From contig JAZDNM010000003.1 of assembly GCA_043799715.1 (NCBI GenBank), positions 220,986 through 284,985 on the forward strand: DNA of 64,000 nucleotides. The letters run 5' to 3'. The position numbers and the translations under genes were made by a program. The notes under the pieces are model-generated. The model had not been told where the DNA came from and ran no database searches. It saw nothing but the letters and a program-made list of their open reading frames with translations. Positions 37,347-46,305 of the stretch are shown one piece after another. Within the stretch, counting starts at the first letter, position 1. Every line of letters starts with the position of its first letter. The stretch comes from an archaeon (GTDB lineage: Archaea; Nanobdellota; Nanobdellia; Pacearchaeales; DTIR01).

Positions 37347-39239
37347 TTACCTTAATCTAACTGTTTCAAGATTTCTCGGCGCAGAGGTTTCAATCCTGTT
37401 CAGCTGATAAATTGTTGATGCCAAATCAAGGCACTTGCTCTGCTCGCCATGGTTAACCATTATCCTTTTTGGATGCGGCTGCGAGTTATTTACAAATGCA
37501 AGAAGCTGATTCCTTCCTGAATGCGCTGTCAAGCCGTCTATTGTTGCTATCTCAAGATTAACAGGAGTTACTTCCTCCTTGCCTTCAACCTGAAACCGGA
37601 CTTCCTTTGTGCCTTCCTGAACCTGCCTTCCCAGGCTGCCCACTCCTTGATAGCATACAAATACAATGCTGTTTTTCTTTGAATCTGCAAATTCCTTGAG
37701 ATATTCCACAGATGCGCCGCCCATAAGCATTCCTGATGTTGCAAGAACAACACAAGGGCCTCCTTCTGTAACTTCTTTTCTTTCCTGAGCCGAGCCGACT
37801 CTCTTGAAAATTTCTGATGCAAAAGGATTTTTGTCCTGAAATATCTGCGCTTTCACGTTTGCAGCAAGAAAATTTGGATATGCAGTATGAATTGCAGTAA
37901 CATCCCAAATCATTCCGTCAATATAAATTGGGACTTGGGGCATAAGGTTGCTCCTCATTGCCTGCTCAAGTATCAGCATTGTCTCCTGGCTTCTTCCCAA
38001 TCCCAGCTCAGGAATGAGAACCTTGCCGCCTCTTTCAATTGTTCTTTTTATTACATCAAGCAGCGCGTTTTCTGCCTCCTGCCTTGGCGGCAGGACATCA
38101 TTCTTGCTTCCGTAAGTTGATTCAATAATCATTGTCTCAAGCCTTGGGAACTGCGTCACTGCTGGCTCAAGCAGTCTTGTTCTGCCGTATTTGAAGTCAG
38201 CGCAGTAAAGAAGATTGTGCAGCCCGTTTCCTATGTTAAGATGAACCATTGAAGAACCGAGGGCATGCCCTGCATTGTAAAGCGTCAATCTTACATCAGG
38301 GGTTATATCAGAAACTTCATTGTATTCAAGGCATATGCTGTGCTTAACCATGTCTTTTATATCTGTTGAGCTGTAAAGAGGCTGTGTTGCTTTTTTGTAT
38401 GCAACTCCAATATAATCAAGTGCAAGCAGAGCTGTTATGTCCCTTGTAGGCATTGTCATATATACAGGCCCGGTATATCCCATTTTGAAAAGCCAGGGAA
38501 TCATTCCGGAATGGTCAAGATGCGCATGGCTCACTATCACTGCATCAACATCCTTGAGATTGAATTCAGGAACATTCAGTATCGGGAACTTGTCTGCGTT
38601 TGTCTGCGCAGCAACATCAATGCCGCAGTCAAGAAGTATCTTTGACTCGGGAGTTGAAAGCAAAAGGCAGCTTCTGCCAACCTGCCTGCCTGAGCCCAGA
38701 AATGTAACCCTGACCCATTCGTCTATTTTCTCAGGATTCCAGTCCTTGTATATCCTGTTGCCTACTTCATTCAGGAATTTTTTCCTGTAATTGTTGTTTA
38801 AGTACAAAACTTCCCTGATGTTTTCTGTTATCTTGCTTCTTATTGCAGGGCTTCTCTGGACTTGGGGAAACCATAATATGCTGTCCTTTATCTTTCTGAG
38901 CGTCTCGCCTCCCTTGCCGATTGCAAGCCCTGGCTTCTTGACTTCTATTACAACTATGCTCCTCTGAACATCAAATATCACATTTGTAATCTCCGCCTCT
39001 GTAGGAACTGTCGCCCTGATGAACTCCTCTGCCTTCTCCTGCTCAAGAAGGATTGATGAGTCAGCCCTGAGCTCAATTCTCTTTTTTATCCTGTCTACAA
39101 CTGCCTTGATTTTCTGCTCTGAATCAAGAAAGAAATCCCTGTCTGTTGTGTAGAGAACTATGTTTGCGCCTTCAAACTGCGCATCTTTTATCGCCTTTGC
39201 TGGCAGTTCTTTTATAATGTTGCCTATTATATCTGTCAT
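37347..39239 (-). CDS. fttA: aCPSF1 / FttA beta-CASP ribonuclease with KH domains
   Basis: FEGANIVLYT, KPGLAIGKGG, SHAHLDH, AGHALGS, AHS, NHGE. Confidence 0.96.
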   Translation of the reverse strand: MTDIIGNIIKELPAKAIKDAQFEGANIVLYTTDRDFFLDSEQKIKAVVDRIKKRIELRADSSILLEQEKAEEFIRATVPTEAEITNVIFDVQRSIVVIEVKKPGLAIGKGGETLRKIKDSILWFPQVQRSPAIRSKITENIREVLYLNNNYRKKFLNEVGNRIYKDWNPEKIDEWVRVTFLGSGRQVGRSCLLLSTPESKILLDCGIDVAAQTNADKFPILNVPEFNLKDVDAVIVSHAHLDHSGMIPWLFKMGYTGPVYMTMPTRDITALLALDYIGVAYKKATQPLYSSTDIKDMVKHSICLEYNEVSDITPDVRLTLYNAGHALGSSMVHLNIGNGLHNLLYCADFKYGRTRLLEPAVTQFPRLETMIIESTYGSKNDVLPPRQEAENALLDVIKRTIERGGKVLIPELGLGRSQETMLILEQAMRSNLMPQVPIYIDGMIWDVTAIHTAYPNFLAANVKAQIFQDKNPFASEIFKRVGSAQERKEVTEGGPCVVLATSGMLMGGASVEYLKEFADSKKNSIVFVCYQGVGSLGRQVQEGTKEVRFQVEGKEEVTPVNLEIATIDGLTAHSGRNQLLAFVNNSQPHPKRIMVNHGEQSKCLDLASTIYQLNRIETSAPRNLETVRLR

Positions 39240-39305
39240 TAGAAACTCTTGAATGATTTTAGAATTTTTGGTATAGCATGATTAAAATTTAGATAAGGAA
39301 TTCCT

Positions 39306-39965
39306 TTACTCAGCAGCGTATCTCGGCTCTATTTTTTCCTCAACATCCTGCCTTATCCCGTCTTTTGTTATTACAAAAACATCAATTCCGTGCCCTGAGC
39401 CAGTATCTCTCTGGGTTGAAGCCTTTATGCACTCAACAGCAAGCTGGACTCCTTCCTTAACAATAATATCTTTTTTGTATCCCCTTTCCATTACTCCCAG
39501 CATGTAAGGCATTCCGCTGCCGAAATTTGCATCATAATCCTCCACTTTCATTATCCCCCCTGCTGGCTCAACAGAATAAAGCTCAAAACTGCCGTCTGTA
39601 TTGAATCCTGCAACAAGAGTGCCGACAATTGTCGGGATATTTGAAAGCTGCCTTATCCCCCTGTATGCAAGCATTGAAAATAGGCTTGCAGCATCCTTGA
39701 CGCTTGGCCTTGACTTGCTTCTTAATTCCTTAAGCTTTAACTCAGCTGTCACGACTTTTGTCAGGACTTGGGCATCAGCAAATCCGCCTGTCCATGAGCC
39801 GACAAGATAATCATTAATCTTGAAAACCTTCTTTGCATTCTTGCTCATCACTATGTTGCCTGCTGTAACCTGCCTGTCAGCAGCCATGACTATGCCGTCC
39901 TTGCACACTATTCCGAGTATGCTCGTGCCTGTTTTCAATATGCTATTTTTAAGTTCATCGTCCAT
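39306..39965 (-). CDS. psmB: Proteasome beta subunit
   Basis: LKTG|TSILG propeptide site, AADRQ, K33-equivalent, GSG, RDTGSG. Confidence 0.94.
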   Translation of the reverse strand: MDDELKNSILKTGTSILGIVCKDGIVMAADRQVTAGNIVMSKNAKKVFKINDYLVGSWTGGFADAQVLTKVVTAELKLKELRSKSRPSVKDAASLFSMLAYRGIRQLSNIPTIVGTLVAGFNTDGSFELYSVEPAGGIMKVEDYDANFGSGMPYMLGVMERGYKKDIIVKEGVQLAVECIKASTQRDTGSGHGIDVFVITKDGIRQDVEEKIEPRYAAE

Positions 39966-40092
39966 AATAAACCTCCTGCGGGTTTCTTATCAACTTCCTG
40001 CATCCAATGTTCATTGTACAAGAACCAATAAATCAAGAACCTCTGATTTTTTAAGTTCTGGGGCATTTATAAAGCTTGTGTTTTTTGGGGGC

Positions 40093-40341
40093 TTAATTAT
40101 ATATATTTTCCCTGTGCCCCGCCTCAATTACAAATATGGTAAGCTTGTCCTGCTTGATATCCATGATAATTCTATAATCCCCTATTCTCAGCCGATAATA
40201 AGGGCTTCCAACAATCCTTTTTACAAAATGAAAGGGCCTTATTCTTATCCTTTCAAGCACAGCGATAATCCTTTCCTGAACTTTCTTTTCAAGTTTGTAT
40301 ATCCGCTTTTCAGCAGTCTGCGAGAATTCAATGCTGTACAT
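40093..40341 (-). CDS. relE: RelE/ParE family toxin
   Basis: YRLRIGDYRII, GHRENIY. Confidence 0.92.
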   Translation of the reverse strand: MYSIEFSQTAEKRIYKLEKKVQERIIAVLERIRIRPFHFVKRIVGSPYYRLRIGDYRIIMDIKQDKLTIFVIEAGHRENIYN

Positions 40342-40342
40342 T

Positions 40343-40561
40343 TTACAGTTTCAGTCTCTTTTTTACCTGCTCCAAAGAAACTATCTTTCCCTCTTTGATT
40401 TCTTTTTCTGACTGTGCAATATGCCTCTTTGCCTCTTCTGACAGCTCCATAGAATCCTCCATTAAATCCCAGATAAGTGATTCGTAACTTTCATTGTTGC
40501 TTATCTTCAGAACTTTCAATCTTTCAAGCAGTTCATTGCTTACCTGTATCGTTGTTCCCAT
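40343..40561 (-). CDS. RHH antitoxin (RelB-like)
   Basis: TTIQVS..L..RL..LK...ESYE; EIKEGK..SLEQVK; directly upstream of relE. Confidence 0.85.
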   Translation of the reverse strand: MGTTIQVSNELLERLKVLKISNNESYESLIWDLMEDSMELSEEAKRHIAQSEKEIKEGKIVSLEQVKKRLKL

Positions 40562-40608
40562 ATTGATTATATAGTTTGCTATAGTTTATAAAGCTTGTAC
40601 TTCAGAAG

Positions 40609-41088
40609 TTATTTCCTGTAATTCCCCATCCCGGGGATGATATGCCTTATTCCGCCGACATAATCCTCAACATCGCCAAAATATCTCGGAATAAGATGTA
40701 TGTGAAGATGCTCTATTGTCCTTCCTGCAGCAGCGCCTTCATTTACTCCTATGTTGTATGCATCTGGCTTCTTGTTTAGTCCTATGTGCTCCAGCATCCT
40801 CCTGAAGAATTGCACAGATATCTCATTAGGGGGATTTTCAAGGAGCTTTTCATAAAGTTCCCGGTGATTTAACTTGTCAAGCATTTGTTTCGTGCCTGAA
40901 AGCGCGGGCTTTAAATTCTGCCATTCTTTTTCAGTCAGGTCAAAAAGGGAATCCACATGCCTTATTGGGATTAGTTCAGCATGCCCAGGCGAGACAGGGA
41001 ACTTGTCAAATCTCGCAAAGAAAAAATCATTTTCATAAATAACTTCCTTCTTTTCCTTGTAAATCCTGCAAAATAGGCATTCAGTCAT
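40609..41088 (-). CDS. HIT family protein
   Basis: CLFC, PVSPGH, NEG.AAG.T..HLHIH. Confidence 0.92.
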   Translation of the reverse strand: MTECLFCRIYKEKKEVIYENDFFFARFDKFPVSPGHAELIPIRHVDSLFDLTEKEWQNLKPALSGTKQMLDKLNHRELYEKLLENPPNEISVQFFRRMLEHIGLNKKPDAYNIGVNEGAAAGRTIEHLHIHLIPRYFGDVEDYVGGIRHIIPGMGNYRK

Positions 41089-41608
41089 TTTTTATCTTCC
41101 TTATCCTCACAAATATCTCTTCAGCAGGAAATAGGCTTCTTAAAAAGCTTCTTTCGTAAATGTCTGCTCTTATGTGGTTAATTGCTTTTTCTACGAGCCT
41201 GTTCAGGAAGAATATCTTGCCTGCCTTGTGGAACTCAAGTCTCCTGCTTTCAAGTTTCCAGCCCTTCCACATCTCCCTCTGCTCTGAATCTATGACATCC
41301 CCATTGAAATCCCCTATTGAGAAAAACCTCTTGTGGAATATGCTGAGTGAAACAAATCCTATTGGAACTCTGACAATCAACAAGCCGTCTTTCTTCAATA
41401 TTCTCTTGGCTTCTTTCAGAAATAGGGGTATTGATAAGTCAATATGCTCCAGAATATTTGAAGCATAAATCTGTTCTATTGAATTGTCTTTAAACGGATA
41501 GGGGATTTTGTTTAAATCCCAAACCAAATCAATGCCTTGCCCTTTTATCTTGTCCATATTCACATATCCTTTTTTTATGTCTGTTCCGCAGCCGAGATTG
41601 AGTTTCAT
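41081..41608 (-). CDS. Class I SAM-dependent methyltransferase (type 11-like)
   Basis: LNLGCG, PF.DNS, LEH, RILKKDG. Confidence 0.88.
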   Translation of the reverse strand: MKLNLGCGTDIKKGYVNMDKIKGQGIDLVWDLNKIPYPFKDNSIEQIYASNILEHIDLSIPLFLKEAKRILKKDGLLIVRVPIGFVSLSIFHKRFFSIGDFNGDVIDSEQREMWKGWKLESRRLEFHKAGKIFFLNRLVEKAINHIRADIYERSFLRSLFPAEEIFVRIRKIKND

Positions 41609-41620
41609 TTTTTATTTCCC

Positions 41621-43666
41621 TTAGTGAACAGTTGTGATGCCGTCATCCTTCCTGAAACGGATGATGTTTTCCACAAAGCTTTCCATCTTTGCCTCGTGGC
41701 TGACAAGTATGAGCTGCTTGACTTTTAATTCTGCAAGAACATCGCGCATCCTGTCAAGCTGCTCTGATGAAAAGCCGTCTGTCGGCTCGTCAAGTATGAG
41801 AATATCCCTTGTGCTTATCTTGCTTATGAATGAGTTAATAACTTGGTTTAATGCAAGGCGATAGGCAAGGGCAACTGCTGTTCTCTCGCCTCCTGAAAGG
41901 AATGAATAATCCAGCTCATATCCCCTTGACTCTATTATTGGAGTAAAATTCTCATCAAGCCTTACTGACAGTTCAGAGACAAGCATTGAAAACCATTTCT
42001 CAAATAATTGTGAGAAATCAGAATGCAATTTTGCCATTACTGCTTTTTCAATTGCTGAAAGAACAACAGGAAACCTGTCCTGAATCCATTTCCTGAGCTT
42101 GTTGAGATATGCAATATCCAGGATTATTTTTTCTTTCTGCAGAATTTCCTTTTCAATTGCAAGAATTAAATCAGCCATATTCTCTGTCTCTTTCTCTACT
42201 TTTGCCTTGCTTATTGCAGCTGCTTTTTCCTGCTCCCTGACTTTTTCTACTTCTCTCCTTGATTTTTCAAATTCCTCCTCAAATTTCTCAAATTCCCTTG
42301 CCTTTTCAAGCAAAGCTGAGAGTTCATTATCCAATATCCCTGATTTCTCAGCTGCTTTTTCAATTGTTGAATTAAGTTTTTTCAAGTCAGCTTCCCTCTC
42401 CTCTATTCTTGAAATTCTGTTCCTCATCATTATCTGCTCCTTCTCTTCTGTCTGAAGCTCAACAAGCTGCCTTTTCTGTGCTGATATGCTCTTGTCAAGA
42501 GCTTCTTTTTGCAGTGTCTTGTCCTTTATCACAGAATCAAGCTTCTCAATTACTGTATCAGATTTTTCCATTATGCTCCGCTTGTGCTTGGGAGGCACAT
42601 CCTGCATACAGAGAGGGCATACATCAACTTCGCTTATGCTTATCTTAACACTCTCATTATGCTTTTTTTCATGGTTCATTGCAGAGATTTCCTTTTCCAC
42701 TGCAAGCCGCTTTGCCTCTGCATCTGAAATCAGTTTCTCTTTTTCTGCGCGCTGCTGCTCAATATTCTGAAACCTGAAATTTTTTGTTTCTTCCCTGCTC
42801 TCTACTATCTGCCTGCTGAGAACTTTTTCCTGCGAAATGAATTCCTTAAGCTGCTCTCTGGCTGGCAAGACAGCAGCTTTTTTTGCAGCTGTTTTTTCCT
42901 TCAGCTCATAAAGCTCTGATGCCTTTTTCTCAATTTCATTCTGCTGGATTTTCTTTTCTCTCAGAATCAGCTGCAGGGCTTCAAGCTCTTTTCTTGATAT
43001 TTCCAGCTGCTGCCTTAATTTCTCAATCTCGCTTTTCTTTGCTGAAACCTCATTCTTCTTTGTTTCCAAGTCAGCAGTCATTCCTTCCTTGTTTTTTATT
43101 GATTCCCTGAGCCTTGCGGAAAATATGCTGAGATTTTCTGAAACCGCCTTGTATTTGTCTATGCCGAATATTCTTCTCAGCGTGTCTGTCCTGAGCTCTG
43201 ACTTCTCAAGAAGAATTTCTCTCATTGATTCCTGCGGAGTGTAAATCGTGTATCTGTAAAGCAGATTGGTTTTTGTAAGATATTCCTGGGGGTAATTCAG
43301 GATTTCAAGCACTTTTTGCTTTAATTGCGTCGGAGAAAGTTCATATTTGTCATTGTCTATTGTGATTTTGCCTGCTTCCTGCGTGACAGAGTTCTTGTTT
43401 CTTTTCAGTATTCTTTCAATCAGCACATTTTTTCCTGCAACTTCCATCTCAATCGCAATGCTGCCTGTTTTTTCTCCGGCTCTCAACAAGCTGCTGCCTG
43501 AAAGATTCCCTTTCTCAAGCCCGAACATTGCGAATTCAATTGCAAGAAGCACAGAAGTCTTGCCAGAGCCTATGTCCCCTGACAAAAGCGTGCTGCCTTT
43601 CGGAATTGTAACCTCGCCATTCCTGTACGAGCGGATATTCTCAAGAATTATTTTTTTTATCAGCAT
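41621..43666 (-). CDS. rad50: Rad50 DNA double-strand break repair ATPase
   Basis: GDIGSGKT Walker A, CPLC hook, LSGGE signature, LILDEPT Walker B; start at 43666. Confidence 0.93.
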   Translation of the reverse strand: MLIKKIILENIRSYRNGEVTIPKGSTLLSGDIGSGKTSVLLAIEFAMFGLEKGNLSGSSLLRAGEKTGSIAIEMEVAGKNVLIERILKRNKNSVTQEAGKITIDNDKYELSPTQLKQKVLEILNYPQEYLTKTNLLYRYTIYTPQESMREILLEKSELRTDTLRRIFGIDKYKAVSENLSIFSARLRESIKNKEGMTADLETKKNEVSAKKSEIEKLRQQLEISRKELEALQLILREKKIQQNEIEKKASELYELKEKTAAKKAAVLPAREQLKEFISQEKVLSRQIVESREETKNFRFQNIEQQRAEKEKLISDAEAKRLAVEKEISAMNHEKKHNESVKISISEVDVCPLCMQDVPPKHKRSIMEKSDTVIEKLDSVIKDKTLQKEALDKSISAQKRQLVELQTEEKEQIMMRNRISRIEEREADLKKLNSTIEKAAEKSGILDNELSALLEKAREFEKFEEEFEKSRREVEKVREQEKAAAISKAKVEKETENMADLILAIEKEILQKEKIILDIAYLNKLRKWIQDRFPVVLSAIEKAVMAKLHSDFSQLFEKWFSMLVSELSVRLDENFTPIIESRGYELDYSFLSGGERTAVALAYRLALNQVINSFISKISTRDILILDEPTDGFSSEQLDRMRDVLAELKVKQLILVSHEAKMESFVENIIRFRKDDGITTVH

Positions 43667-44121
43667 CTCAATTTCCTCCACATATTTATGCTCACAAGCT
43701 TTAATCCAAATTTCTTATGAAGTTTGATAGAAGGTATATTTTTAACAAATATCCAAGCATTCACATCCTTTGCTTTTTTCTTCTTTAACCAAGACAAAAG
43801 TTCTTTTATTATCCCGCTGCCTATTCCCCTGTTTCTGATTCCTTTGTCAACATAAATCTTTTCTATTCTGCCTTTTTTCTTCATTGATGCTTGTCCGAAA
43901 CCTAGAATCCTGCCATTATCTATAGAAACAATCCAGTATTGACTCGGATTTTTTAAACCCCGCCTGAAACTGGCTTCTCTTGTCTTTTTATGTTTTTTAA
44001 ATTCCCTAATTGATTTTTCTCGGCTATTATTAAATTGAAGTTTCATTTCTGTGATTCCGCCTTCGCAGTATATCCTATCAATCTCTTTCAAGTCTTCTGA
44101 TTTTGCTCTTCTTATCAGCAT
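43657..44121. repeat. 10-bp direct repeat TTATCAGCAT (43657-43666 and 44112-44121) flanking the GNAT gene
   Basis: Exact repeat; ATGCTGATAA is the start of both the GNAT gene and rad50. Confidence 0.85.
43660..44121 (-). CDS. GNAT acetyltransferase
   Basis: IRRAK.EDL, IYVD..RNRGIG, N.PS..LH.KFG. Confidence 0.88.
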   Translation of the reverse strand: MLIRRAKSEDLKEIDRIYCEGGITEMKLQFNNSREKSIREFKKHKKTREASFRRGLKNPSQYWIVSIDNGRILGFGQASMKKKGRIEKIYVDKGIRNRGIGSGIIKELLSWLKKKKAKDVNAWIFVKNIPSIKLHKKFGLKLVSINMWRKLRC

Positions 44122-44122
44122 T

Positions 44123-45346
44123 TTATCTTTCCATCCTCTCCTTTAATCCTAAAATCTTGATTGCCTCGTCATTTACCCTTGATTCAAATCCCGCGACTGT
44201 CTCGCCTTCCTGCTTTTCCATGTCAAGGTGCATCAGAGTGTTGATAAAAGGAATGAAGTCCCACTCATTCTCGTCCTTGATATATCTTTTTATTATCTCA
44301 TCCTCTATCCCCTGTATGTTGTTGCTCTGGGTGTGCGTCTCAATGCTCATGCTTGAGCTTGTAAGTGCATTGGTATTCTTCAGCATTGCATAGCATTCAG
44401 ATGCTGCAGCAGTTATCCTGTCAAAATCCATATCAGATGTCTTGCCGTCAATGCAGCCTGAGATTTTCAATGCGAGAATTTTTTCTTTTACTTCATGTTC
44501 TGAGATTTTTTTTATTATTGCCTCTGTTGCAAGCTCGGGCTTCATCCCGCTTACATCAATGCTGACTGGAACAACATCCTTCAGCTTTATTTTTTCTTTT
44601 CTTATGCTGCACTTTCCATCCCCAATGTCAACAATGCAGAAACTGCCCTGCTTCAGCTCCTCAAGCTCCTGAAAATTATTCGGAAACAAAGGCCCTGGAT
44701 AAACAACTGGCTTGCCTTTCCTGCTTGACTCAAATACAATATGCAGATGCCCGCCTGCATAATAGTCAAATCCATCAGGAAGCTCTTCTATGTCAACAGA
44801 TTCTATGAAGTACAAGTCCTTTGGCTTTGCTTCTGTCAGTGTTGTGTGCATCATGAATATCTTTGCCTTGCTTTTTGATTCAGGCAGATGCATCTGCAGA
44901 TTTTTGAACGCCCTTGTTTCTAACCCTCCCTTCTTGCCTGGGAGCCCTGCAAAAATGCAGCCATCATGCTCACATGTTTCAAGAACTGTAAGCATGTCGC
45001 CATTCCCCATATCCTGCTCTGAAGACAGGGAGACATTTTTGCATAATCCTGCTTTTTCTATCACATCAAGAAATGTCTTGCCTGAAACAGAGAAATCATG
45101 CGAGCCTGCAATTACATAGCATCCTATGCCGCTGTCCTTGAGTTTCTTCAGCTCTGATACAGCTTCTTTCAGGATTTCAATAGGAGGCATTGCTGTGTCA
45201 AACAAGTCGCCTGCAATGATTATAAAATCCACTTTTTCTTCAATGCAGATGCCAATGGCTTTCTTGAACGTCTCTAAATTGAGTTCCTGCAGCTTTGGCT
45301 CACGCCATGCTCCCAGATGTATGTCTGCAAAGTGTGCAAACCTCAT
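44123..45346 (-). CDS. mre11: Mre11 nuclease
   Basis: ADIHLG, AGDLFD, GSHD, MH, GGHLH, YPG. Confidence 0.93.
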   Translation of the reverse strand: MRFAHFADIHLGAWREPKLQELNLETFKKAIGICIEEKVDFIIIAGDLFDTAMPPIEILKEAVSELKKLKDSGIGCYVIAGSHDFSVSGKTFLDVIEKAGLCKNVSLSSEQDMGNGDMLTVLETCEHDGCIFAGLPGKKGGLETRAFKNLQMHLPESKSKAKIFMMHTTLTEAKPKDLYFIESVDIEELPDGFDYYAGGHLHIVFESSRKGKPVVYPGPLFPNNFQELEELKQGSFCIVDIGDGKCSIRKEKIKLKDVVPVSIDVSGMKPELATEAIIKKISEHEVKEKILALKISGCIDGKTSDMDFDRITAAASECYAMLKNTNALTSSSMSIETHTQSNNIQGIEDEIIKRYIKDENEWDFIPFINTLMHLDMEKQEGETVAGFESRVNDEAIKILGLKERMER

Positions 45347-45387
45347 TTTCCCCTAGCACTTACAGAAGAGAAGCAAGCTATAAAAAT

Positions 45388-45960
45388 TTATTGATGGTTT
45401 GGACTGCTTACAAGCCAGACATAAAGCTCCTCAAAAAACATCCTTTTTGATGCAAGTTTCCTGAATGCGAGTTTCCTTGCTTTCATCTCTTTTTTTAAGA
45501 TTTCAGGGCTTGTGAATGAACTTATGAGAAGCAGGGCAGCGCCTTTCTCTGAAAGATGGCTCTTTAAGCCCTTTATGAACCTTAAAGCAGTTTCATAGCC
45601 CTTTTTTCCCCCGCATGTGTCAATGTTCATGTCATGTTTGTCTGCTGGCAGATATGGCGGATTGAAAATTATCAAGTCAAATTTGCCTCTTATTTTAGAG
45701 AACAAGTCAGACTTGACTGCATTGAAGCCCTTTGCCTTCATTTCCCTGACTGCGCCAATGTTTATGTCTGTTGTGAGAATGTTTTCTTTTTTGCTTCCTG
45801 CTTCAAGCGCTGTTTCTGCAAGAATTCCAGAGCCTGTTCCCATGTCAAGCACTTTTGCATTGGTGTTTCTTTTCAGCATTTTTTTTGCAAGAAGCTTGAC
45901 TGCATCTGCAAGGAGAAATGAGTCCTCTGCAGGGGCGTATATGCTTTCAAGAATTTTCAT
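45388..45960 (-). CDS. HemK2/N6AMT-like release factor glutamine methyltransferase
   Basis: Y.PAEDSFLL, DMGTGSG, FNPPY, FFEEL. Confidence 0.9.
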   Translation of the reverse strand: MKILESIYAPAEDSFLLADAVKLLAKKMLKRNTNAKVLDMGTGSGILAETALEAGSKKENILTTDINIGAVREMKAKGFNAVKSDLFSKIRGKFDLIIFNPPYLPADKHDMNIDTCGGKKGYETALRFIKGLKSHLSEKGAALLLISSFTSPEILKKEMKARKLAFRKLASKRMFFEELYVWLVSSPNHQ

Positions 45961-45967
45961 TTCAGGA

Positions 45968-46297
45968 TTAAAGGAGCATAGAAACAAGAAATGCCGCTAT
46001 CCCTAATGCTGCTATGGCAAGCAGAATTATGATAAGCAGGAAAATCTTTTTTGGCTTTTTTGCCTGATTCTGCATTGGCTGCTGAGAATTTTTCTGTGGA
46101 TTTGGGGATGGAATCTGGTTTGAATAAGCCGGGATAGTCATTGACTGAATAGAAACTTTTGCCAGTGCGCTCCTTGCTGCGTCTTCAATCTCCTCTTTGG
46201 AATATCCTGCATTTAGCAAACTTGACATTGCCTGCTCTATTTTCTGCCCTCTTTCAAGGGCATTCTTTATTGCAACAACTAAATCATTATCAGGCAT
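45968..46297 (-). CDS. Small tail-anchored membrane protein with an N-terminal helical domain
   Basis: ALERG....A.SSLLNAGYSKEEI, Q/P linker, C-terminal TM. Confidence 0.75.
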   Translation of the reverse strand: MPDNDLVVAIKNALERGQKIEQAMSSLLNAGYSKEEIEDAARSALAKVSIQSMTIPAYSNQIPSPNPQKNSQQPMQNQAKKPKKIFLLIIILLAIAALGIAAFLVSMLL

Positions 46298-46305
46298 TTT
46301 CAAAA

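Larger units (their letters stand above)
40066..40598. repeat. 14-bp direct repeat TTTATAAAGCTTGT (40066-40079 and 40585-40598) flanking the TA module
   Basis: Exact repeat; reads ACAAGCTTTATAAA (BRE+TATA) on the minus strand. Confidence 0.88.
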
